Origin: Azolla caroliniana
Lineage: Eukaryota; Plantae; Polypodiophyta
Reading direction: 5' to 3'
Assembly: GCA_043228905.1 (NCBI GenBank)
Contig: JBHGNT010000015.1
Coordinates: 18,662,001 to 18,726,000 of the forward strand
DNA length: 64,000 nucleotides
Shown here: one piece after another, positions 38,335 to 49,242 of the stretch
Position numbering within the stretch: position 1 is the first letter of the stretch
Layout: every line of letters begins with the position of its first letter
The notes under the pieces: model-generated
What the model was told of the DNA's origin: nothing
The model's database searches: none
Seen by the model: only the letters and a program-made list of their open reading frames with translations
Position numbers and translations under genes: made by a program

Positions 38335-41300
38335 TTATACAACTGCTTGCAAAGCTCTATCAAAGGCACTTTCGGCATCGCTAGCTCGTTTCAGAAGTCC
38401 ATGAGCTGGGTGAAACATTTTCAGCTGACTGGAAACAAAAATAATTAGACACGGGTTAATATGATGGTTTTTATCTATAAACAAAACATTTAAACCACCA
38501 TAAATAGCGACGACGATATCAAAAAATGACACAAACCTTAAATAGCGATTAGCTGGTTTGGAGAGGTGAAGGCTACAAACTATCAAATTTGCTAATGTAT
38601 CTGAATCCTTCGCATCCTGAAAAAACGTGAGCTCGTTCATCAGTTATTGTATAGTTTTTACCTGTTGAGCATTAAAAAATTCCTAATGTTGATGCAAAAT
38701 ACCTAAATTTTAGATTGGAAATGGTCTAGTTTCAAGCTGTGGAAACAAGCTAACTTTTATCATGGTGAACAAATGATCTACATCTTAGCATTGGGAACAA
38801 ACTGAAATAAACGACGTTACTAGAATTAGAAACAATCAATCTACCTGGTACCTTTGCAGCTCATTTCTGGTTGTTAATTATATCTATTTTTTCTTTGGAA
38901 AGAAACGATAAATGAACTAATTTCCAACCTTTGAAACAAATGATCTGATTTCTACCATAGGAACCAAACAATCCAACTTCTAGCATTCAAACCAGATGAT
39001 CTAACTTCTAGCATTTCAAACAAACAATTTGATTTCTAGCCTTGGAAATAAATCATATGATTTCTAGTATAGAACCAAAATGATGTGATTTCTAGCATTG
39101 GAAAACAAATGATCTACTTTCTAGCTTTGGAACAAAATTATCTAACATACTTTGTTTAGTGCTTCTAACAATGCTGTCTCAGCTTCATCAAATCGTCCCA
39201 TTTGCATGCAGCAAACAGCTTTTCCGTTAAGAAGTAAAGCTGTCTGAACATATTTATCACAGAAGTCTTGGAAAATGTAATAGGCTTCTTGTATTTTTGA
39301 ACCACCCTGCATATCACAAGAAAATAGAGACACAACTTGCATTACAGCATCAATGATATTGCCTATTTCACATATCACAACTCATACTTTAAAATACGTT
39401 ATAGCAACTCAAATCTGTACCAAAGATAGATTAAGCCAAGCATTAGCTAATTGAGTTAAAGTGTGGTCTTCATCAATCTGTTGCATGACCTTCAATTGCT
39501 TCTCAGCATGATCATTTCTGAACATTTTCAAGTATATTTGTACATTCAAAGCACATCTGCATCAAAAACATAAAATGTCTGCCTAATTATTTGTTGCTGC
39601 AGAATTTAAAACTGAGATTTCTAACTTTAGAAAGTACAAAATTTCAATTCAAAGCTTTAATTCAACCAAAAAAAAAGAAAACGTAAATACAAAGCTTACA
39701 ATTCCAGTGTTTGGCCACTATGAGTATACTTTAAAGCTTCATTATAATCTTGTTCATGAACATATATTGTTCCAGCAATAAGCTGCAAAGTTGGGTTATT
39801 TGAAAGGACTGGATCATCAAGCCACTCTTTGAGACTAGACAAAGTTTTTTCCTGAAAATGTTAAGGTAATCTTATAGTAAACCCCAAAAAGGTTATGAAA
39901 TCAAACACACAAGTTATGGTAGATGATTGAACAAAAAATTATGCAAAAGAGGTCATCACACATAAAAGCTTAATTATCTTGAAGGCTGAACAAGTAATCC
40001 AATTGATTCTCCACATGTAATCATACATATATACACAAGCACAATCATATATCTGCGGTTGAGAGAGAAATAGATGTATATACATTGTATACATACACAT
40101 TAGTATAGATCTAGATATTGCATTTGTCTGTGCATGAATGTACACATGTATGTATTTGTGTATGTGTATATGAATATGTGTGTGTACATTTAATGTGTGC
40201 ATGTGAGTGTTTGGTAATAAAATATGTATATAATTTACATTTATGACAATAAGAATGTCGATTACTTAAAAAGATTTTCATCCCTGATGGACATGAGAAA
40301 CCCCCAAATACCCCTAGGTTGTCGTTATTTGCCGAAATGTTTTTGGTCAACCTCTTCTTGAGCTGTGCTATTTTAGAACTTCTATCGTCAATTGATTTCC
40401 TTTTCATCTCTTTTGGGCTGATTGGAGATTTCCGGGACATTAACTCCAGGGCATTTGGGATTTTCTTTCTAGAAGAATTAAAATTTTAATTTGCAAATTT
40501 TGGTCTGAAACCAAAAAATATTGAGAACATATGAAGCAATATTGTTGACCGCCTCAGATGTAACAAGCATCTAGAGAAATCTTCTAAGTTCTACACTAAC
40601 CAGTAGATGTATTCCTATCCATATTTATTGTCTGCAATTATGATAGCAAATTATTATGCCGTCCTTTCTTTTTCAGCTAGGAATGATGGACATACAAGGT
40701 CATGTAAGGCATTGAATGTTCATGATTATGAGCATTTACCCCAATATGTGTAGAAATATGCAATCTTATATTAGCATGAGGATCATACAACTATATGAAG
40801 AGATCCAATGCCTAAACCTGAAAATCATACGTTTTTTGAAATGAAGTGGCTGGAGAATACGTTAGAAACAATGCCTGAATCTGGAAATGCTGCATTTTCC
40901 GTGAATTAAAAAAAGGCTCTACATTACATGCCAATATCAAATTCAAATACCTAAATCTGAAAATGATATGTTGTCTTGAAAAATCCTTAAATTACATGCC
41001 GAAATCTAAAAATGAAGAAGTCTTTAAAATTTTAAGAGGCTAGATTATAGGCCAAGATCTAACATCTAAATCTGGAATTAATGTGTGTTTTTTGGAAAAA
41101 AGAATGAAGATTACATGGCAAGATCCAACACCTAAATCTATAAGCGATAAATTTTTTATATTTAATTAAAGACTGCTAGGTTACATGCCAGAATCCAATG
41201 TTTACAACTCAATCAGTGAGATGATCATAACTTACTTTACTGTCAGGATCTGCAAGGTACAAAGCTAACATCTTCACTGCCTGCAGAGCTGTAGGTGCAG

Positions 41301-41961
41301 AATCATTGATTTCATTTATCACAATCTGCAAAAAAATATGGAATTTACACAAGATTATTATATGAGATCTAATACCTCACTTCAATGCAATGGCAAAGAG
41401 TGAGCTCGAATAAATCCAAAATATTGAACACGTTACATCAAAAACCTAAAAGATGAGGCAGATTCGAGTAATCTAGGAGTAAAACTTCATGTGATTCCAT
41501 GGAATTGTCAACCGCATGCTATAAAACAAGAACTAGTCCGATTTTATGCAGATCTAATGCAGATTCCATTTCATGAGAAGAAGATATATTGGATCTGGAA
41601 ATAGATCAGCGATCTACGATTTCAGGTCAAATCAAACAGAAGGAGAAAACGCAGGTGAAAGACAATATGAACAAGGAGAAAAAGTAGTAAATGAAGGAAG
41701 CTGAAAAGGAAGTAAGGGAAGGACGCAACAGAAGTAGAAATGGATAAGAAGAAGAAGAAGAAGAAGAAAGAGTACCTGATAACTGGCGAGAGATATATAG
41801 GATCGATAGAGGAGACAGTCACGTTCGATGGTGTTATATTCAGAGAGATCATGGAAAGATGAGGATGTAGTATCGTTGATGGCGGCTTGATAAGCTCCGA
41901 TGTAGAAGAGGTTCCTGATGGGGAAGAGAGGATCAGGACCACTGCTCACCTTTCCCTGCAT
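38335..41961 (-). CDS. COPE: Coatomer subunit epsilon (epsilon-COP), ~297 aa
   Basis: Exons (minus strand) 41961-41776, 41325-41236, 39851-39700, 39556-39421, 39306-39151, 38616-38537 and 38428-38335, GT-AG, 894 nt in frame. Motifs DPLFPIRNLFYIGAYQAAIN, MQQIDEDHTLTQLANAW, GGSKIQEAYYIFQD, DAKDSDTLANL. Confidence 0.95.
38720..39140. repeat. ~30-bp minisatellite in COPE intron 5
   Basis: Recurring AAATGATCT..TTCTAGCATTGGAAAC units. Confidence 0.7.
40780..41200. repeat. ~70-80-bp degenerate repeats in COPE intron 2
   Basis: Recurring TTACATGCC..ATCCAA..CCTAAATCTGAAAAT units. Confidence 0.6.
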
Positions 41962-41969
41962 CCTGTCTT

Positions 41970-42430
41970 CCCTCTTCTTTTTTCTTCTTTCTTCTTCTTT
42001 CTTCTTTCTTCTTCTTCTTCTTCTTCTTCTTCTTCTCTGTGACTTGCTTCGTCTATGCAGAAAACTGAAGCAGAAGAAGAGCTCTTTCACTCTCTACTTT
42101 GCATGCATACATACATACATAACATACACACATACATACATTATACATAACACACATACATACATAACATACATACATACGCACATACATACATACATGC
42201 ACAGTATGAAGCATACGCACCATACGTGCATTCACATTCAAGAATGTTTTAACATACACACATACACACATAACATACATACATACATACATGCATGCAT
42301 AGTATGAACCATACGCACCATACGTACATTCGCATTCGAGAATGTTTTGACAGCATTCGCATTCGTTTTCATTCGTATCAAAAAAGAATGTTTGCACATG
42401 CATTCGAGTATATTACATACTATGCATACA
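41970..42430. repeat. (CTT)n and (ATAC)n microsatellites upstream of COPE
   Basis: CTT run at ~41970-42036 and ATAC/ACAC-rich run at ~42100-42430. Confidence 0.9.
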
Positions 42431-44991
42431 TGTCTAACTGCTATCAAATCAATAAGAGGTGTGGCGAGGGAATCGTGGCCATGATGGTGCATGGTGCGTA
42501 GCCAAGGGCGTGTGCGATTTGCACCGTCCGATTTAGATAGAAAAAAAGCATGCCATAAAAATTTCACTTTATTGGGAGCCGGAGGAGCCCAGTCAGTCAA
42601 TTTGTAGGAGCTTGAGGAGCTCGACTTATTATTTTTGTCGACTAAAACCTTGATCCCTGTCTTTTATCTTCTTTTTTTGAAACAGATGACTAGGGTTTTA
42701 GGAGGGAAGAAGTTGCCTCCAACTACACCTGCCGTTGATCTGTACCCACATCTAATCAACAAAAACTGAGTGTCCATGTATGTATTTTAAATCTTTTTAC
42801 TTTTTTGTATTAAAAAATTGTTTGGGGAAACTTTCTGGTTGTAGGGTAAATGTTAAAATGTTCTTGAAAATGGTTTGCATACATTTGATGATTTCTAGAT
42901 ATGCTTGCATTGTGCATTTTGATAACTTGAATGCATTGGATGATGATTGTAGTAGGGTTGAGTTTAGGGTTTAGATCCTTGTGGTTTTTGAAGATCAAAA
43001 TTATTTTTATTCAAACTTTTTAATATAGATGGCCAATAGGGGTCCAAATGCTTCATGGACTTCGATGTTGATTGGGGTGAAACAATACCCAATGAAGGGA
43101 GGTATGGCCCGAATCATTTTTCAACTATGTATTCAATCTGACCATAGCGATGCATGTGTGCTAACAACAATGATGGTTTAGGGTTTTTGTTACAAGGGGT
43201 ACCAGAAGCAACATATCCAATGAGATGGAGGTTGAAAAACAACATTTTGGAAAAGAGTACGATAGAGAGAAATTAGACCCCATATCGGACTATGACCCAT
43301 AAGATTTGGATGCCAAACCAAATGGTGAGTTGACGTACATTCTTGCAATCATTCTTGAAGTATGTATATATTGGGTTATTCCATGGATGCTCAGAAGGTG
43401 ACCAACCCGATAGTCTTTGGCAATCCATTGAATAATCCTCTGACCATGAACTTGAAGACATTGGGTGATATGGTTGTACGACATATTTCAAGCGTGTTGC
43501 AAGACCATTGTATCATAAGCGATGGAAGACATCAAGTATTGCACATTCCGACACAACGCAATGGAACCGATTGTGGGTATTACGTGATGCAAACATTTCG
43601 GTTGCTAGTTAAGGAGTTCATTCTCTTGATTTTGTAAGTATGATTGAGGATTGAATATCAACATTGGTTCATGATAGGTAGTTAGTGATTGTGAAATATT
43701 GTGGTGTAGGGTAATGAGCATTGGTTTGGGTATGAAGATGTGGAGCTCCTTCGGAAGAATATGGCGAAATGGGCACGCCGGGTTTTGGGGTTCCCCATAT
43801 AGTAAATAGTTGGAACAATCATCCCATATTGTATTTTGTGATTTTTGTAATATCAAATATATACACTCGGTGTATTATCAAAATGTTCCATTTTTGTATT
43901 TTGGAACCATGGCTACAAGCCATTTTAGTGTATATCCAATCTGGTATATAAACCCATTTTTGTATTTTGGAATCGTGGCTACCCACCATTACATTTGTAT
44001 ATGGTATATTGAAATGAAGTGTATATGGTAACATCATTTGTATTTGTATATGGTATTTTGAATAGTTTCATGATATGGTATTTGGAATCGTTATTTGATA
44101 TGGTATTTCAAATCGTTATTTGTATATGGTATTCAATGTCTCAAGTAAGGTTAGGACCCTTCGACCATGTAGTTATTTTGGAATGTCTACAAACATTGGA
44201 AGATCTTACTAAGAAGGTGTATCACGCTGGTGCAGGTGTATCACGCTAGTGCACCGAAATCAACCAATGAAGAAGGTGGCATATCCATAAGTTGAAAGCA
44301 AGAAATTGGTGCGAAAAGAGGAGCAATGGTTGAGATTTCACAAGAACTTATTGGCAACTCCCCAAACACTTCCAAATCCCACACTGGAAAACTACAAAGA
44401 GGTGCAAGTGGGGCTAGGAGGTGATTGTCAATATGTGAAACTGAGAAGGTTCGGTGTCTACATTGCGATGGCTTGACCTTGACTTCAAGGGACTCAAATA
44501 TTACATGTTGCAAAAATTGTGGCTACATTTTGCTATCATCCCCACATGAGCCATAATCTCTAATTAGTTGTGTATTCATATTTCATTTTTAGGTTGTTTG
44601 ACTTGGACTCCGAAATCAATCTACATAGCTTGTGATGTTAAAAACATTGTGGTAGGAAATTTGTGCAATTTGAAGTTTTAAGCTTTAATGTAAGTGTAAT
44701 TTGAAGCGTTAAGTTTTAAGATGATTTGTTATTTGAAGCTTTAAGTTTTGAGTTTGTGTAATTTTTTATTTTTTATTTTTGATGTCAAATTTTTGTTTTA
44801 CATTGGGAATTTTTTGAAGTGTTTGATGTCAGTTTTTGAGTCAGGCTCCTAGTGATAGAGAACGTCGCCTTTTTTATATCCAGATCGGACGTTGCAAGTT
44901 ACACGCACATTTGGTTATCACGCAACATAATCTGTAGCCTCGATTCCCTCACCAAGTCTCTTAATGAGTTGGTACCAATAGGAAACGAGGC
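42431..44991. mobile_element. Long-TIR DNA transposon remnant (Mutator-like?) carrying a Ulp1-type protease fragment
   Basis: Degenerate ~160-bp inverted termini (42431-42605 vs ~44835-44991), e.g. GTGCGATTTGCACCGTCCGATTTAGATAGAAAAA vs TTTTTATATCCAGATCGGACGTTGCAAGTTACAC. No transposase recognised. Confidence 0.6.
43362..43637 (+). pseudogene. Ulp1/peptidase C48-like fragment
   Basis: IPTQRNGTDCGYYVM matches the Ulp1 catalytic-Cys motif PxQxNGxDCG. Confidence 0.65.
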
Positions 44992-45007
44992 ATACATACA
45001 TACATAC

Positions 45008-45190
45008 GCTTGTGTCTATTTGCTACCAAATAATAAAGAGACTTAGTGAGGGAATTGATTGCGGGCACGAATGTTGCAAGGTGCGTTTTTGAGGGTGCGT
45101 GCGATCTGCACCTTTAGATCTTTATTCGAATAAAGCACACCATCAAATAATTTGTTTTTTTGGAGCCCGAATAGCCTGACCGTTTGAATT
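45008..45190 (+). repeat. Third copy of the same TIR, back-to-back with the element end
   Basis: TGTCTATTTGCTACCAAATAATAAAGAG..GAGGGAAT aligns with 42431 onward. It is separated from the previous TIR by (ATAC)4. Confidence 0.65.
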
Positions 45191-45209
45191 TGAGTTACCC
45201 ATCTCTAAT

Positions 45210-45655
45210 TAGTAGCAACAACGGTTCGGTTTGAACCGAACCGAACCGAACCGAACCGAACCGAACCGAACCGTGAAACCACAACTTAACGGTGTAAACG
45301 GTTTGGTTCGGTTTCAACAAGTAGAAACCTCGGTTTAAATAGTTTAATGTTTTTTTTTTCAAAATTTTCAAAATTTGTTTTTAAACAATCTTTTCATTTC
45401 CAAGCCTTATTCTCACATTTTAGGAAATTTTTTAAAATAATGAAATATTTTAATTTAAAAAATGTAAAAATTAAAAATTTGAATTTTGACCATTTGAAAA
45501 CCGAAACCGAACTATGAAACCACGGTTTTAATGGTTTAATAACGGTTTGATTTTTTTAATGGTTTAGTTTAACGGTTTCGAGGTTCAGTTCAAGTTAAAT
45601 TTTTTTTAAGCGGTTTGGTTTTGACCCTCTCAAACCGAACCGAACTGTTGCCAAT
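45210..45655. mobile_element. hAT-like MITE with (GAACC)n subterminal motifs
   Basis: Inverted ends GCAACAACGGTTCGGTTTGA / TCAAACCGAACCGAACTGTTGC, many AACCG/CGGTT motifs, AT-rich core. TSD not resolved. Confidence 0.6.
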
Positions 45656-48600
45656 TGTTAACTATGAACTATATACTAACTGGGCTAGGGCAACTACCCT
45701 GTGACATATTTACATTGTCCTAAACCTAGACTATCCAAAGGGAAAGTGTGAATACGACCATTATACACCCGTGTTCGACACTCCCCCGTAATGGGCATAT
45801 ACACCAAAAAATCATGTAATTAAAGGCATGAGTAGAAAGTACAAGTTTATACAAAAGGTTGTCGGACAAGTTTGCTGGTGGCCGAATCGACAATTGTTGA
45901 AAAACAAAAGCTAGATCGGTTGTGCCGATTGTCGAGAAAGCCGAATTCCACAAGTGTAAAAGCCGGTTGTCAAAGTCATCCTTAGTGTTTGACTTAATCA
46001 GATAGAATTTTCCTGACTCCCATCTTGTGCTGCCGGAGTGACCAGAATCGGTCAGCCACGAGACACTTGGTCATCTCGTCTGATATGTTGTCGGCCGTGG
46101 AGATCTTCTCGAGGCCGAGCTTCCTTGAAGTTATATAGTCTCGAACGAAGTGGTATCGAACGTCGATGTGCTGCCGGAGTGACCAGAATCGGTCAGCCAC
46201 GAGACACTTGGTCATCTCGTCTGATATGTTGTCGGCCGTGGAGATCTTCTCGAGGCCGAGCTTCCTTGAAGTTATATAGTCTCGAACGAAGTGGTATCGA
46301 ACGTCGATGTGCTTGGAGGCGTTGTGATGAACTGGATTATTCGACAAAGCAACAACGTCTTGATTGTCGTTGTAGACGATTAGAGCCGAATTGGGATCGG
46401 CTTGTCAAAATGTACACGCCAGCCGACCAACCCATAGAGCCTCTTTTGCCACGCCAGACATGGCTACGTATTCGGCCTCGATTGTTGAAGTGGCTGTCCA
46501 TTCCTAAAGTTATATAGTCTCGAACAAAGTGGTATCGAACGTCGATGTGATGAACTGGATTATTCGACAAAGCAACAACGTCTTGATTGTCGTTGTAGAC
46601 GACTGGAGCCGAATTGGGATCGGCTTGTCAAAATGTACACGCTAGCCGACCAAGCCATAGAGCCTCTTTTGCCACGCCAGATGTGGCTACGTATTCGGCC
46701 TCAATTGTTGAGGTGGCTGTCCATTCCTAAAGTTTTGATGTCCACGAATTTTCTCCATTGTCAAATTTGAAGTAGTGTCCGGTTGTTGACTTTCGGCTGA
46801 CATACAGTCGACAAAGTCTGAGTGGGTGTAGCCTAGTATGCCTAGGTTCTCGTTTGGGCCGAAGAGGATGCCAAGGTTTTGTGTGCCCACTAGATATTTG
46901 AACACATGCTTGACTACGTTCCAGTGCGATCAACCAAGGCTGTGCATGAATCTGCTCACGAATCCTACGACATGAGCAATGTCAGGCCGTGTCATGACCA
47001 TCGTGTACATTAGGGAGTTGACTACTGGTGCATATGGTACTGACTTCATATCTTCCTCTCTGAACCGAACGTTGGGCAGTCTTGCTGAGATAGCCTAAGG
47101 GTAATGGGGAATGGGGTTGAGGTAGATTTAGTCGATTGCATGTTGAAGCGCACTAAGACACGTCTGATGTAGTCAGCTTGAGACAAAAACAATTGTCTCT
47201 GATTCCGGAGCCGACTAATCTTCATTTCGAGTATGTGTCGAGTAGGACCTAGGTACTTCAATGCGAACTTCAATCGCAGTTGCCAAACAAGATCGGCAAG
47301 CTCTCCGGCATGCCCGTTGGAGAAAAGTATGTTTTCCACGTAGAGGATCAGGAAGATGGGGGACCCATCTTATGCCGTTTTCGAGAAGAGGTAGTGGTCC
47401 TCATCACTCTTAGAGAAGCCAATTGATTGTACAAAATTGTTGAACTTCTTGTACCACTGTCGTGGAGCTTGCTTCAGGCCATCGAGACTCTTCTTGAGTT
47501 GACAAACTAGACGTTCTCAATCGGGTTCAACAAAGCCTTTCGATTATTCCATGTAGATTTCCTCCTCTAGGTCATCGTGGAGGAATGCCATCTTCACGTC
47601 TAGTTGGATAAGCTACAAGTCTTCGGCGGTCCCTATGCTGAGTAAGAATCGAAGGGTGTTCATTTTCGCCACTAGTGACTCGTCGAAGTCGACGCCATAT
47701 TGCTGTCGGAAACCCTTGAAGTTCGCGATTAATCTAGCCTTATACTTGGGACATGTAGTATCTGAAGTCTCTTTGAGTCGAATAGACCCATTTACATAGA
47801 AGAGCACGTCGATTCTTCGGTAGTTCGATTAGGTCCCATGTCTTATTGTGCTGGATGGAGTTCGACTAGATCGCTACTTGGGCCACTATCTGAGTCGGAT
47901 TGTCCTGTAGAGGCAGCTTGTCGTGTTGTTTCTCTAGTGTGTTGTGCTGGGTCGTCAAGGGGAGTCAAAGCATCCAAAAATGTGAGTCAACTAACTTCAA
48001 TCGGCTTGTTGACTGGCTTGTGCATTTCTGACTCGTTGAAAATGACGTCCAAACTTTGGATGACCTGTATGTTTTCCGGATCCCAGAGTTGGTAGCCAAA
48101 TTCGCCACCTGATCCATAACCAAGAAAAATGTGTTTCCCGGGATTGCGGCTCATGATTTCGGCTATCATCCTTTGGCACAGGGTGAATGGTTCGCACCCA
48201 AAAATCGGCAACTTCTCATAATTCGTACTATGACCGGTCCAAATCTCTTGAAGGATTTGAAGTCCTAGAGGCCTACTCGGCAACATGTTGATTATGTGCA
48301 CTGTAGTGAGTAGCGCATTGACCTAGAAACCATATGATAGTCCAACGTATTGCATCATGGCAACAATGTGTCCCGGAATTGTCCGATTCATTCGTTTGCA
48401 ATGCCATTTTGTTTTGGACTATATGGGGTTGTAAGCTCTTGTCTGTCGCGATGTCGGCAAAAAATGATGAATTCCTCTTATTTGAATTCTCCACCATTGT
48501 CCAATCGTAGGCATTTGAGCTTCTGGTCGGATTGGTTTTTGACCATTGCAAGTCATTCTAGAAAGATCGTGAATGTTCAATCTTTAGTTCTAATCGGGTA

Positions 48601-48700
48601 TGCCCACACCTTTCTTGTCGGGTCGTCAAAAAATGTGATGAAGTAGGAGGCGCTGCCGAGAGACTGATGTGGCATTGGGTCACACACGTCCGAATGGACC
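45656..48700 (-). mobile_element. Ty1/Copia remnant (Copia-3): integrase-RT-RNase H, PPT and short 3' LTR; cut at 48700 by Gypsy-B
   Basis: Minus strand VHSDVC, KYKARLIA, FALKYLG, KHIDVRYHFVRD. PPT GGGGGAG at 45781-45787, LTR ~45656-45780 (TG..CA). Confidence 0.85.
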
Positions 48701-48978
48701 TATCATGAAAACATGACCATTATGGCGTCACCTGAATTTGAACCTCGAACCTTGTAATCCATAATTGAAAACCTCAACCATTAAGATAACTTATTGTCAT
48801 ATGAGAGGATAAAAGCTACTTTTCATATTAGATTGATTATTGTAAAAACTCTAGATCATTCTAGAATGTCCTAGAACATTCTAGAAATCTCTAAGTTATT
48901 CTATAGGAACCTATAAATAAGGGCATACATGTATTCTCAAATCAATTCAAATCAACACCAATCTTTAGCTCTCATTAC

Positions 48979-49224
48979 ATATCTTGTATCCATTCTCTTT
49001 CTTTCTCTATCTTAATACACCTATTCTTCTCTTAGCATTTCGTTTCTTCTCGTGTTCCCTTATATCCTTCTTCCATCACTCTATCTTTCATTCTTGGTTT
49101 TATATCTTGTATCCATTCTCTTTCTTTCTCTATCTTAATACACCTATTCTTCTCTTAGCATTTCGTTTCTTCTCGTGTTCCCTTATATCCTTCTTCCATC
49201 ACTCTATCTTTCATTCTTGGTTTT
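48979..49224. repeat. Exact 123-bp tandem duplication in the Gypsy-B 5' LTR
   Basis: 48979-49101 = 49102-49224. Confidence 0.95.
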
Positions 49225-49230
49225 GATAGT

Positions 49231-49242
49231 TTGATTTGAATT
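49231..49242 (+). other. Self-priming PBS of Gypsy-B
   Basis: TTGATTTGAATT lies 2 nt after the LTR and is the exact reverse complement of AATTCAAATCAA (48944-48955), 32 nt downstream of TATAAATA (48912). Confidence 0.8.

Noticed and set aside
40295-40465. Small inverted-repeat element in COPE intron 2
   Set aside because: Only ~20-bp imperfect arms and no TSD.
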